Shown here piece by piece: positions 46,753 to 56,026 of a stretch of DNA of 64,000 bases. The stretch is from a virus. The translations under genes and the position numbers were made by a program. Under the pieces are notes generated by a model. That model saw only the letters and a program-made list of their open reading frames with translations, searched no databases and was not told where the DNA came from. The DNA lies in IMG/VR virus record IMGVR_UViG_3300045996_003734, positions 1 to 64,000 of that record, one strand, 5' to 3'. Position 1 is the first letter of the stretch, and each line of letters begins with the position of its first letter.

Positions 46753-47358
46753 TCAGGGTTCCGGCGTCGAGGTCTCGGCAGATTGCAACCAGGACGGCGC
46801 CGTCGGTGAGCGCAAAGCTTCCCGCGCCATACGTATGATGCAGCTGGGCTGCTCGTGCCCAACGATACCGAGTAAAGGGAGGATGCTGCGTCGCTTCGCC
46901 ACCTCGCTCAGCATGCGCCAGAAGGCGTCGTCGGTGGTGACGGGCTCGCGCGGATCGATGAGCGCCTTGTACGCGTTGATGCGCTCCTGAATGTCCTTCA
47001 GGCCGCCCTCGTCCCATGCCGCCAGCTCGGCGTAGTTCATGAGCTGGCCGTGCGGCGCGTCGAAGGTGCGGATGGCTCGAGCGAGCAGGCACACCTGCTC
47101 CATGTCGTCGAACAAGGCCTTGTCGCGGTCGGGGTCTAGCGCCTTTTTCGAGGCGAACCAAAGGCGCGCCTGCGTGCGGGCCTCGACCTCGTCGTCCGGG
47201 ACGGGCACCCAGACGCGCACCTTTTTCTCCTCGACCTTCCCCAGTTCGTTGCGCCGACGGATCTTGTCTTCGAAGAGCAGCCGGCCCGACTCGTGGCGGA
47301 CCAGCTCGAGCTCTTCCCATGATGCACCGCCGAACGCAGGGATCGCAGCGCCCGCCAT
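46753..47358 (-). CDS. tail assembly chaperone (-1 frameshift product ends at 46661)
   Basis: Between tube and TMP; slippery C CCT TTA at 46879-46873. Confidence 0.8.
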   Translation of the reverse strand: MAGAAIPAFGGASWEELELVRHESGRLLFEDKIRRRNELGKVEEKKVRVWVPVPDDEVEARTQARLWFASKKALDPDRDKALFDDMEQVCLLARAIRTFDAPHGQLMNYAELAAWDEGGLKDIQERINAYKALIDPREPVTTDDAFWRMLSEVAKRRSILPLLGIVGHEQPSCIIRMAREALRSPTAPSWLQSAETSTPEP

Positions 47359-47744
47359 CAGACGGGGTCGCCCTGCGCCTTACCAACGAGGCTCACGCTG
47401 AACTCGATGGCGTTATCGACGTTGGCGACGATCTGCGGCTTCGTGAACCGACCGGTGCAGGTGAACACCAGGCCCGGCACCTTGAGGCGAAGGTTCTGGA
47501 CCTTGCGCTTGCGGTAGCTCGTCATGTAGTCGCGCTCGAAACCTTCGTTCGAGATCAGCGACTTGAAGCTCACGGTGCAGCTGCGCATGCCGTGGGTCGA
47601 GCCCGCGGGGTTCATGCGCAGCGTCGCGAGGACTTTTTCCCCGTCTTCGAACGCGAACGTCACGTCCGCACAGTCGACGAGGTCGCCGGCGCCGAGAGCG
47701 ACCTGGCCTTTTGGGTAGTCGAGAAAGTCGGAATTATCGGCCAT
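47358..47744 (-). CDS. tail tube protein
   Basis: 128 aa, beta-rich, directly after sheath. Confidence 0.8.
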   Translation of the reverse strand: MADNSDFLDYPKGQVALGAGDLVDCADVTFAFEDGEKVLATLRMNPAGSTHGMRSCTVSFKSLISNEGFERDYMTSYRKRKVQNLRLKVPGLVFTCTGRFTKPQIVANVDNAIEFSVSLVGKAQGDPV

Positions 47745-47748
47745 TTGC

Positions 47749-49269
47749 TCAGCCCACCTTCGCCACGACTAGGGAAATCTTAGCGAGAATCTTGAACGCT
47801 TTTGCCGGAATGAAGATGTCCAGCTGGTTCTCGTCGGCGCCATCGACCTCGCAAATCAGCGTGCCGTCGTCCACGGTGCTCTGGAACTTCACGCCGTCGA
47901 TGACGCCCTTCGGCACGTGGAAGTTGAGCGTGCGCCGAATCACCCAGGCTTTGGCGTCGCGCTCCTCGATGACTCCCGCGGGGTTGGGGTCGTCGCCTTC
48001 TTTGCGGTTCTTCGCGATCTTTACTTGCCCGTCGGGGCTCATGAACTCCTGCGGGAGGCCGATGCGGAGGTCCTTGCTGTAGTCGTACAGCGCGTCGACC
48101 TCGTTCACGTCGAACACCCGACGGTCCTGGTTGCCGAGCGTGTCGATCGAGTGCGTCGTGACCGAGCGCAGGATAATGGGCGCGCCGCTCGCCGAGTAGC
48201 CGACGATGGACACGCCGTTGTTGAGCGCGTCGATGACCTCGGGATCCGAGGGCTGATCGCCGTTAACGTCAGCGGAGCCGCGGACCCGCTTGAGCGGCTG
48301 AAGAACGCGATTAGCGTTGCTCTCCTTTGCACGCCGACGCATGCGATCGCCGGCCTCTGCGGCCGCGATTTCGCAGGGCAGGGACTCGTCGCTGACGCTA
48401 AGAACGTGCTGGAGGTTAGTGTGGTTGCGCGCGATGGCGCCGGTCTTGGCCTGGGCGATGCTGCCGGTTGAACCGTACACCGCTTGCTGCAGCCGGGAGT
48501 TGAAGCCCGTCACGTTCGCGTCGATGTGCGTCGCCACCCGCGCCGCGTTCGTGGAGCCGCCGGACGCCTGCGCATCGGCGTTGCTCAGGCAAGGGACGAT
48601 GAAGTCGTACTCCTTCGAGAGCGCCGCGAGCGCGGCCGTCATATCGACTTCAACCGTGCCGCCCGTGAGAGTGGCGCCGCTGGGCGTGAGAGTAGCGCCG
48701 GTGCCGGTGAGCTGCTTTACACGCAAGCGAATGTCGTTGCCGGCCGTCCCCTTGCTCCGCGCGAGCAGGTTCATAGCGCCCGCCGTCCCTGCACTGGCAA
48801 CGCAGAAGAGGTCCGTTCCCTTCTGATTGATGCGCGGGAAGTTGTTGTCACGCGCTGCCGTCGCAGCCTCGCCCACGTTCCAGAACACGTCGACCGAGAC
48901 GCCCTGAATCCAAACGCGCCAGGAGCAATTGCTCGTGGGAGTGCCGGCAAAGGTCAACGTGCCGCTCGCGGCGACGCCCGCCGATTCCGTGCAGCACACC
49001 AGGTCCACGAGCGCCTGCGGATGGTTCTCGACGAACGACTGGAACGCGAAGTAGCCGAGGCAGCGCCCAGCCGCGACCTCGACGTCCTCCTTCGAGTAGA
49101 CGGTGCGAGCTTCGTTGACGGGCAGGTCACCACCCGACGTTGCTGGCGGCGAGATGATGACCGCGCGAAGGCCGGCCACGCCGGGGCTTGAGGCGCCGCG
49201 CAAGAGCGCAACGGAGAGCGCGAGGCCGGGCCTCGGATTGCTCGGATCTACGGCGAGCGGGGCGACCAT
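47749..49269 (-). CDS. contractile tail sheath (Mu gpL-like)
   Basis: AASGTLTFAG, ARSKGTAGNDI, ALNNGVS, ILRSVTT. Confidence 0.9.
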   Translation of the reverse strand: MVAPLAVDPSNPRPGLALSVALLRGASSPGVAGLRAVIISPPATSGGDLPVNEARTVYSKEDVEVAAGRCLGYFAFQSFVENHPQALVDLVCCTESAGVAASGTLTFAGTPTSNCSWRVWIQGVSVDVFWNVGEAATAARDNNFPRINQKGTDLFCVASAGTAGAMNLLARSKGTAGNDIRLRVKQLTGTGATLTPSGATLTGGTVEVDMTAALAALSKEYDFIVPCLSNADAQASGGSTNAARVATHIDANVTGFNSRLQQAVYGSTGSIAQAKTGAIARNHTNLQHVLSVSDESLPCEIAAAEAGDRMRRRAKESNANRVLQPLKRVRGSADVNGDQPSDPEVIDALNNGVSIVGYSASGAPIILRSVTTHSIDTLGNQDRRVFDVNEVDALYDYSKDLRIGLPQEFMSPDGQVKIAKNRKEGDDPNPAGVIEERDAKAWVIRRTLNFHVPKGVIDGVKFQSTVDDGTLICEVDGADENQLDIFIPAKAFKILAKISLVVAKVG

Positions 49270-49712
49270 TACTTGTTCTTCTTCCTGCCCTCAGGCTTGG
49301 GCTCCGCCTCGGCAGGCGGGGTGATTTCGGGCTCGGGCTCGGGAGCTGGCTCGGGCTCGGGCTCGGGCTCGGGCGCGGGCTCGGGAGCTGGCGCGGGCGG
49401 AGGGAAACGCTCTGCCTCGCGGGCTTCCTCGAGCTGGAGCCACGCCAGCCAGTCCTCGCGGGTGCGCTCGACCAGGTCGCGGTGCTTCAGCGCATTCCGC
49501 AGCTCGCGGTCGTACCGCGCGCAGAAGGCGGCCGTGAGCGGGACGACACACTCGGTGTCCCAAACGATCGCCTCAGCGCCCTCGGCGCGCTCCGCCGCCG
49601 TCGCGACGCGAGCGCCAAAGCTGCTGCCGTTGGCGTCCCAGCGCGACACGAGCCGCCCCTCGACGGACGAGACGTAGCGCGCGAATTCGATGGCGGGAGC
49701 TTCGTCGGGCAT
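49269..49712 (-). CDS. hypothetical protein with Pro-Glu repeat
   Basis: PEPAPEPEPEPE tract at about 49330-49395. Confidence 0.65.
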   Translation of the reverse strand: MPDEAPAIEFARYVSSVEGRLVSRWDANGSSFGARVATAAERAEGAEAIVWDTECVVPLTAAFCARYDRELRNALKHRDLVERTREDWLAWLQLEEAREAERFPPPAPAPEPAPEPEPEPEPAPEPEPEITPPAEAEPKPEGRKKNK

Positions 49713-49740
49713 TGAGCCCGACTGGTCTAAACGCCGGGCC

Positions 49741-50694
49741 CTACGGTGACCCGTTCGGAGGCATCGGGTCGGTCACATCGGGCAGCTTGATGGGCGGCGA
49801 AATCGCCGGCCCCTCTCCGTTGGTCCCGGTGAGGTTCTGCATGCGCGTGCGGAGCCAGTCGTTGTACTCGGTGGTCTGCCGTCGGTGCTGGAGCGTGACG
49901 GTGCAGCCGATACGCACGAGATCGATGTAGCTGGTGGGCGTGACGCCGAACACACGCGCGTCGAGCACCTCGGCGCCAGGCTCGTTTGCGAGCCGCAGAC
50001 CGCGCGCGCTCATGGTGTCGAAGAGCGTCTCGATGACGTCGGTGCGCAGCACGTCGCCTTCCATTTGCCGCTGTGCCTGGGTGTCGAGCCTGCCGGTGAC
50101 GAGGAAGAGCGACCACGTGTGCCGGTAGAGAAACTTGCCGCGGCCGGTGCGCGCGAGACGCGAAACGCCCTGCGCCGCCATCGGGCCGTCGAGCGGGCCG
50201 GTGCTTTCCCAGCAAAGGCAGACGCCAGGGAACTGCGACATTTGCGCGCGCAGGAACTGCTCGAAGGTCCCCTGCTCGAAGCGCTTGTAGGTCACGAGCT
50301 GCTGGATGGCGCCGACGCCCAGCTTGGCGATGCCACCGGTCAGCCCCGCCGGCGACACGCTTTCGAGCTCGATGCCCAGCTGCGGCAGCGACCAGCTGTA
50401 CTGCGTCCCCGGACTGGTGTTGCCGACCGAGCCGCCTTGCAGCGACTCAACCGGCACGAGCACGCCGGTATTTGTGACCGGCCAGTCACCCCGCTCGTTA
50501 GCGGGGTTTTTCGTGACGAACACGGTGGCCTCTTCCAGCAAACCGCCGCGCACGATCGGAACCGCGCACGCGCCAAAGGGCAAGGTGCCGGTCGGGCCGT
50601 CCGACTTCACGAGCAGTTCGCCGGCAGCGACCGTTCCCATCAACGGCGCAAGGGCGGCCTGAATCGCTCGGCCGTTGGCGATGCTGTCACTCAT
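49741..50694 (-). CDS. probable tail terminator/completion protein
   Basis: Mu gp37 position; PGVCLCWE. Confidence 0.55.
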   Translation of the reverse strand: MSDSIANGRAIQAALAPLMGTVAAGELLVKSDGPTGTLPFGACAVPIVRGGLLEEATVFVTKNPANERGDWPVTNTGVLVPVESLQGGSVGNTSPGTQYSWSLPQLGIELESVSPAGLTGGIAKLGVGAIQQLVTYKRFEQGTFEQFLRAQMSQFPGVCLCWESTGPLDGPMAAQGVSRLARTGRGKFLYRHTWSLFLVTGRLDTQAQRQMEGDVLRTDVIETLFDTMSARGLRLANEPGAEVLDARVFGVTPTSYIDLVRIGCTVTLQHRRQTTEYNDWLRTRMQNLTGTNGEGPAISPPIKLPDVTDPMPPNGSP

Positions 50695-50894
50695 GAGGGC
50701 TGGTCGGGATGGTGCCAGGTGCCGGCGGCCTTGGCCCTCGACTCTGGCGCCTCGACCTCGCTCATGCCGCCGCGCCCGTTGCCGACGAGCAGCAGCGTTC
50801 GCCCGTCCGGGCCCGGGTCGCCCAGCGTGCGCGCCTGCAGGTGCCGGCCCTCCTTGTCGACGTAGACGACGCGCAGCGGGTGCTTCCCGCTCAT
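50691..50894 (-). CDS. small SH3-like hypothetical protein
   Basis: ATGA overlaps; GTWHHP ending. Confidence 0.6.
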   Translation of the reverse strand: MSGKHPLRVVYVDKEGRHLQARTLGDPGPDGRTLLLVGNGRGGMSEVEAPESRAKAAGTWHHPDQPS

Positions 50895-51319
50895 GGCGGC
50901 ATCTGCGACAGGATGAGCTCCGCGGCCTCGTCCAAGATCGGACCCTCGAAGGGACCGAGGTTGTAGAAGTCGCGCAGGGGTATCTTTCGCCGGGGCTCGG
51001 GACTCACGTGGTAGACGTCATAGCTAACCAGCGACATGGCTTCTGCAAAGGTGTCGCTCCACGCTGGCGAGACGCTTCCCGCCATCATCCCGGAATCCTG
51101 TAGGATTTTTGCGCCGGCTCCGCTCTTCCGGCGGTTGGCCAGCGTCGAATCTTCGAGCCCCCTCCAGCCGGGACCCTCCGCCTCGAAGACGTCCGCGACG
51201 CCGGCGACGAGCAGCTCGGCGATGACCGGAAGCATGCCCGGCAACGCCTGCGCCTTGGCCTGCAGCGGCCGGAGCACGGTCGAGAGGTTGTGCTCGACCT
51301 TCAGCTCGAAGAACGACAC
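50891..51319 (-). CDS. virion morphogenesis protein (Mu gpG / tail S-like)
   Basis: FEAEGPGW..L..STL..R...KILQDSG.M...IPLRDF. Confidence 0.85.
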   Translation of the reverse strand: MSFFELKVEHNLSTVLRPLQAKAQALPGMLPVIAELLVAGVADVFEAEGPGWRGLEDSTLANRRKSGAGAKILQDSGMMAGSVSPAWSDTFAEAMSLVSYDVYHVSPEPRRKIPLRDFYNLGPFEGPILDEAAELILSQMPP

Positions 51320-51793
51320 TCAGTAGCCCCCCGGTCGGGGCCGCCTCGCGTTCGGGGCGAACATGAACTGCGGGCAGTCCGCGCTCGCGATGCGGCCGCG
51401 CACGTTCGGGTTGCGCCCCGCTTTCGCTTCGCCAACCGAGCGGAGCTGCCCTTGCACGATGAGCTCGAGCATCTTCAGCGCGTCGGTGCGGTGCGACGCG
51501 TACGGGGCGCCCTGCCCGCACCACTGCGGCTTGCCCTGCATGCCCTCGTACATGGCGATCGCGCAGAGCTGGCTCTTGACCGCGTCGTCCTCGGCGACGA
51601 GCGCTTCTCGCTGCTCGCGCGCCGGCCAAGCCTTCATGAGCACCGCCTCGCCCAGGCGCGTGGCCACGACGCAGGCGACTGCAAGCCGAGGTCCCGGCTC
51701 GAGTCGCCCAGCGTCTGAGAACACCTGCGCAACGAATTGCGGCGGGTAGCGCTCCTCCAGGTCGAGCTGCGTAATGAGCGCCGGTGCGGGCAC
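51320..51793 (-). CDS. head-tail connector (Mu gp36-like)
   Basis: ITQLDLEERY...LCAIAMY...DALKMLELIVQG. Confidence 0.75.
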   Translation of the reverse strand: MPAPALITQLDLEERYPPQFVAQVFSDAGRLEPGPRLAVACVVATRLGEAVLMKAWPAREQREALVAEDDAVKSQLCAIAMYEGMQGKPQWCGQGAPYASHRTDALKMLELIVQGQLRSVGEAKAGRNPNVRGRIASADCPQFMFAPNARRPRPGGY

Positions 51794-51801
51794 CGGTCAC
51801 C

Positions 51802-52398
51802 TCAGGAGTGGAGGAAGCCGCTCTGCTCGAGGTCTGCGAGCGTCTCCTTCGAGACGCGGTACACGACCGCCTGCAGCCCGAGCTCCTGCTGAAGCTCGGC
51901 CACGTCGTCGTCCGACTTGGTGACGATGAGCACGTCGCCGGCCTTCGCGTGGAGGCGGCCGCCCTTGCCGACGCCCGCCACACCCGAGGCGATGGTGACG
52001 CACTCGTTCAGCTGGCGCGCGTTCTCGGGTAGGCCGGCGATGGCCGTGCCGGCATTCTTGGCAGCCGTGGTCGCCGCGGCCAGCGCGGCGGTCAGCTCCC
52101 CGACCTGCTGCTCGAGCGACTTGCGAGCTCCACGCTCGCGGTCGAGCTCGCCCTGCAAGCCGTTGGCGCGAGCCTCCGCCTGCGAGAGCTTCACTGCGAG
52201 CTCGCCCGTCTTTTGCTCGAGCTTGGCCTCCGCCTGCTGGCGGATGCGGGTCTCGTCGTTCGGGGGCGGGGCTACGCTCGCGGCCCCTGCGCCGGTCGCG
52301 GCCCCGCCCTCGGCAGTCGCGCTCTCGCCCTTCGCCGCGCCGGCACCCGGATCGAGGACCTCGGTACCGCCCGCGGCTTGGTTCTTCGCCTTCGACAT
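51802..52398 (-). CDS. coiled-coil head-associated protein
   Basis: After capsid gene; heptad repeats. Confidence 0.6.
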   Translation of the reverse strand: MSKAKNQAAGGTEVLDPGAGAAKGESATAEGGAATGAGAASVAPPPNDETRIRQQAEAKLEQKTGELAVKLSQAEARANGLQGELDRERGARKSLEQQVGELTAALAAATTAAKNAGTAIAGLPENARQLNECVTIASGVAGVGKGGRLHAKAGDVLIVTKSDDDVAELQQELGLQAVVYRVSKETLADLEQSGFLHS

Positions 52399-52423
52399 TT
52401 GCGTCTTTCTCTCGAGCACCCTC

Positions 52424-53554
52424 TCAGGTGCTGAGCACGTCCTTGATGAGGCCGCCGGCGATGTTCGTCCCGAAGAACGTGGTCTCGCCGAAGCCGGCTT
52501 CGAACATGGTGCCGCCGTTGATGCCGCGGCCCTGCGGGATGTACTCGTTCGTCACGACGCCGGTGCCGCTGCGGCCCTTGGCGCGGAACGTCCAGCTGGT
52601 GGCGGTGCGCTTGCCGTCGCGCGGTAGACCCGGCGCCGGGTTCGACACCAGGACGACGTCGTCGCCGAGGATGTACTGCAGCGCGCCGCCAGCCGCCGGG
52701 ATACGGCGGGCCGGGCAGATGTGAATGGTCGGCATGCCGACGATGTTGAGCTGCTGGTACCCCTGCACGTCCGCAGCCTGGGCGATCTCCGGCTTGGGGC
52801 CGGCGGTGCCCATCGTGGTGTTGATGTACGCGCGCACGTTGTTGTCGGACAGGAACCAGTACGCGACGTCGGGGTTCATGCCGATGTCGGTGATGGGCTG
52901 CGCCGACGCGAGGATGCGGGCGTGGATGTCCGCGCGAGGGTCCTTGGTCGAGCCGTTGTCCCACTTGAAGTTCGTGGTCAGCGACGTGCGGTTGTTGGCG
53001 TTCCAGTTGTTGAGGGTCGTGAGCGCACCGAACACGCGGATCTCGCGCGACAGGTACAGCTTGTTCATGACCATCTCGCCGCTGGCCGCGCGCACGTCGT
53101 AGGCGTCGACCGCCTCGTTCTGCGCGCCCCACGGGATGAACGTCGCCAGACCGTGCTCGAAGGTCTGGTACTGCGTGGTCGCGCTGGCGTGCGCGATCTC
53201 GTTGATGGCGCCTTGCCGGCCCACCTCAGTGGGCACGTACTCGAACATGTTCTCGAGCGCGAAGTCGCGGCGGTTGCCCTTCTCCTTGTCGACCAGCACC
53301 ACCGGGGAAAACAGGTCCGCGCAGTAGGCGAAGGGGCTGTAGCCGCCGAGGTAGGTGTCGAGCTCGCGCGCCTGGTCCCCGACCTCTGCCGGCGTCACGG
53401 CCATGAGCACGCGGGTGCCGGCCGCGCCGACGCCATCCACGTTTTCGGTCAAGGTGAAGAAGCGATGGCCAGGAGGCGCACCGTTCTGATTCGAGAGAGT
53501 GTCGATGGCGAGCGGAAGCCCGTTGAAACTGGGCTGTCGGAGGGCTGCGTTCAT
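52424..53554 (-). CDS. major capsid protein
   Basis: 376 aa after protease and decoration genes; KWD...DPRADI pattern; strong RBS. Confidence 0.85.
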   Translation of the reverse strand: MNAALRQPSFNGLPLAIDTLSNQNGAPPGHRFFTLTENVDGVGAAGTRVLMAVTPAEVGDQARELDTYLGGYSPFAYCADLFSPVVLVDKEKGNRRDFALENMFEYVPTEVGRQGAINEIAHASATTQYQTFEHGLATFIPWGAQNEAVDAYDVRAASGEMVMNKLYLSREIRVFGALTTLNNWNANNRTSLTTNFKWDNGSTKDPRADIHARILASAQPITDIGMNPDVAYWFLSDNNVRAYINTTMGTAGPKPEIAQAADVQGYQQLNIVGMPTIHICPARRIPAAGGALQYILGDDVVLVSNPAPGLPRDGKRTATSWTFRAKGRSGTGVVTNEYIPQGRGINGGTMFEAGFGETTFFGTNIAGGLIKDVLST

Positions 53555-53602
53555 GATGAGGTGCGTTCCTTCAGAGGGTGACGAGCGAGAGAGCGAAGCG
53601 CC

Positions 53603-53989
53603 TCACGGCGCGATGAAGCGGCCCTTCCAGAGCTCGAGCTCGAAGAGCCCGTCAGCGCCGGCACACGCCGACATGGCGCGACCCCAGATCGCACTCGCCG
53701 TGACAGCGGTAGCGAAGCGACCGTCGGTCCCGCATTGAACGAGTGCGTGGAGCGCGATAGCGGCCGAGCCTTTGGCCGTGACCTTGCCCTCGGTTTGCAT
53801 CGAGCGGGTGCCGTTTTGCGGCAGGTCTTCGGTCGTCACGCCGCCAGGCAAGCTGGTGACCGCGGTGGGCAGGATGACTTCGTCCTGACCAACGCCGGGG
53901 ATGACGCCAAGGCCCTTGCCGATGGCTGCGTTTACGTTCTTGGCCGTTCGGAAGTACGAGGGGCTGGTGATTTCTCTCGGAGTCGGCAT
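53603..53989 (-). CDS. capsid decoration/cement protein
   Basis: AIALHALVQCGTDGRFATA...GRAMSA; precedes MCP. Confidence 0.75.
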   Translation of the reverse strand: MPTPREITSPSYFRTAKNVNAAIGKGLGVIPGVGQDEVILPTAVTSLPGGVTTEDLPQNGTRSMQTEGKVTAKGSAAIALHALVQCGTDGRFATAVTASAIWGRAMSACAGADGLFELELWKGRFIAP

Positions 53990-54047
53990 GGCTTTCCTCG
54001 GGTCGCTGTCAGTTCAAAATGGGAAGCGGTGGGTGTGGGCGCGGCGC

Positions 54048-55676
54048 TCAGAGCGCCAGCTGGCCCGTGCGGATGAAGCCGCTCGCGGCGCGGACCTGCG
54101 TCTGCAGCGGCAGGTCCTTGAAGCCGGGCGTCTTGTCCTTGTGAAACGCCGCGCACTTCTCGATTTCGTTGCGACCGGGGTAGGCCGCGAACAGCTGAAC
54201 GTGCGCAGGCGGCGCGCCCGGGGCCCCGACGGCAGGAGCCGACGCCGGCGCGGGAGCGGCGGGCACCACGACGCCGTTGAGCAGCTGGACGCCGTTCTGT
54301 CCGGCGACGAGGCTCTGCGAGAGCAGCGCCTTCGCTGCGTCGGGCCTCGGCAGGGGGTACTGCGCGTAGAACGCCGCGAGCTTGGTCTCCCGCTCCTTGG
54401 GGTCGTCCACGTTGCAGGCGAGTCGCGAGGTGAGGAGCAGCGGCTTGAACTTCGCCGCGGTGTCGCCGCTCAGGCCCATCGATGCGGCGATCTGCTCGAC
54501 CTCCACCTCGGCCTCTTTCTTGTCCGCCGCGCCCAAGCGGTCGCGAGCGGCAGTCAAGCCGGCTAGGTACTCGTCGGCCTTCTTGGCCTTCTCGATGGTC
54601 TTGGCCGCGTCGCCGAGCAGCGCGGTCATGTCGTCAGACTCGAAGAGCCCGAGCAGCTGATCGAGCGTGTCGCCCTTGACCTTGGCCTTCTCGGCGGCAG
54701 CGAGCAGCACCGGCTCGGAGTCGCGGCAGTTGAACAGGTCGGCAAGCTTGCCGAGCAGGGCGGTCGCGAGAGCGGGAGCAGGGGCAGCGGGTGCGGTCAT
54801 GGTGTTGTCCTCGGGGGCCGTTGGCGGCGAAGTGCTCGGGTCTGCAACGCCCATGACGAGCTGACCCGCCGTCGTGAGAATTTCGTCCGAGCTCGCGAGC
54901 ACGCGCAGACCGAGCAGGCGGCGCACCGAGTCCACGAGGTAGCCAAAGCCATCGGGGAACGCGGCCGACGTCATGCCGTTCGCGACCGCGTTGCGCAGCG
55001 TCTCGATCTCTACGGCGACCTCCGCCGCGGCGGCGTCTCCCGGCAAGCCGAGCAGATCGCGCAGGCCCACGAGCGCCTCCTCAGCGCTGTCGGCCTTGCC
55101 GTAAACGCTCACGCTGGCGGCGATCGGCGCCATGCCCTTGATGAAAGGGTGATTGGTGAAGGCGATGCTGGTGAGCAGCGCGCCGATCGGCTTGCCCGTT
55201 GCCGCGTCCTTCGCGCTCGGCCACACGGCTACGCTGGTCGACAGGTAGCCGCCCGCGCGAATCTGCTCTCGCGCCTGGTCGCTGAGCAGCGTGAGCGCCC
55301 ACAGCTCGGCGCCGTTCTCGCCCTCGCGCAGCTGCAGCTCCGTCGCCCACGCCGGAGCCGGAGCGCCCGTGGAAGGCAGCGTACCCTCGGTCGGCGCCAT
55401 CTCGCTCGCGTGTTCGTAGTCGTACGGCACAACGCGCTGCGTGCCGACGCCGTCGGGCCCCGGGCTGTACCAGGGGTTCGCGTGGAAGTTCGCGATGATT
55501 TGTTCGAACGACTTCCGCGTGAATTCGACGACGCGGCCGCTCGGGTGGCCCTCCCACTTGCCCTCGCGGGCGACCTGGATCCAGACGGCGCCGTCGTTCG
55601 CGACCTGCTCCGCGCTGAGCTTTACGGGTACGCCGAAGGCGCGGAGATGGAGCTTGGTGTCATTCTTGCGAGCCAC
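54048..55676 (-). CDS. Mu-like prohead protease I / scaffold
   Basis: WIQVAREG.W, DYEH, APAPAW, YLSTS, IAFTNHPF. Confidence 0.9.
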   Translation of the reverse strand: MARKNDTKLHLRAFGVPVKLSAEQVANDGAVWIQVAREGKWEGHPSGRVVEFTRKSFEQIIANFHANPWYSPGPDGVGTQRVVPYDYEHASEMAPTEGTLPSTGAPAPAWATELQLREGENGAELWALTLLSDQAREQIRAGGYLSTSVAVWPSAKDAATGKPIGALLTSIAFTNHPFIKGMAPIAASVSVYGKADSAEEALVGLRDLLGLPGDAAAAEVAVEIETLRNAVANGMTSAAFPDGFGYLVDSVRRLLGLRVLASSDEILTTAGQLVMGVADPSTSPPTAPEDNTMTAPAAPAPALATALLGKLADLFNCRDSEPVLLAAAEKAKVKGDTLDQLLGLFESDDMTALLGDAAKTIEKAKKADEYLAGLTAARDRLGAADKKEAEVEVEQIAASMGLSGDTAAKFKPLLLTSRLACNVDDPKERETKLAAFYAQYPLPRPDAAKALLSQSLVAGQNGVQLLNGVVVPAAPAPASAPAVGAPGAPPAHVQLFAAYPGRNEIEKCAAFHKDKTPGFKDLPLQTQVRAASGFIRTGQLAL

Positions 55677-55711
55677 GCGGGCAGCTTGGCCCGCACGTGG
55701 TCGCCCTGACC

Positions 55712-56026
55712 CTAGCCGCCGACGAGCTCGTCGGGCTGCCCCGCGCGGCGCCGCACGAGCTTGCCGTCCACGATGGTGACGACCTCGTCGCGGTCTTCAC
55801 GCGTCAGCGCGTCGTCCACCGCGGCGTCGTTCTCCTTGCCGGCCTTCGTGCGGATGAGCTCGTTCGCGCGAGCCATCACCTCGGTGGGCTTGGCGACCAG
55901 GCGGAAGAACAGGCGCACGCCGTCGGGCGTGAGGCCTCCGGTGCGCTGGTACTCGGCGAGCTGCCGCGCAGCGGCCTCCACGTCATCGCGTGGAGGCGCG
56001 CCCTTCGGGAGCAGCGGGGCCGTCAT
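55712..56026 (-). CDS. small protein, candidate immunity partner of MuF
   Basis: ATGA overlap with MuF stop. Confidence 0.6.
   Translation of the reverse strand: MTAPLLPKGAPPRDDVEAAARQLAEYQRTGGLTPDGVRLFFRLVAKPTEVMARANELIRTKAGKENDAAVDDALTREDRDEVVTIVDGKLVRRRAGQPDELVGG

Noticed and set aside
49330-49395. Regulatory tandem repeat
   Set aside because: Explained by a Pro-Glu linker in the CDS
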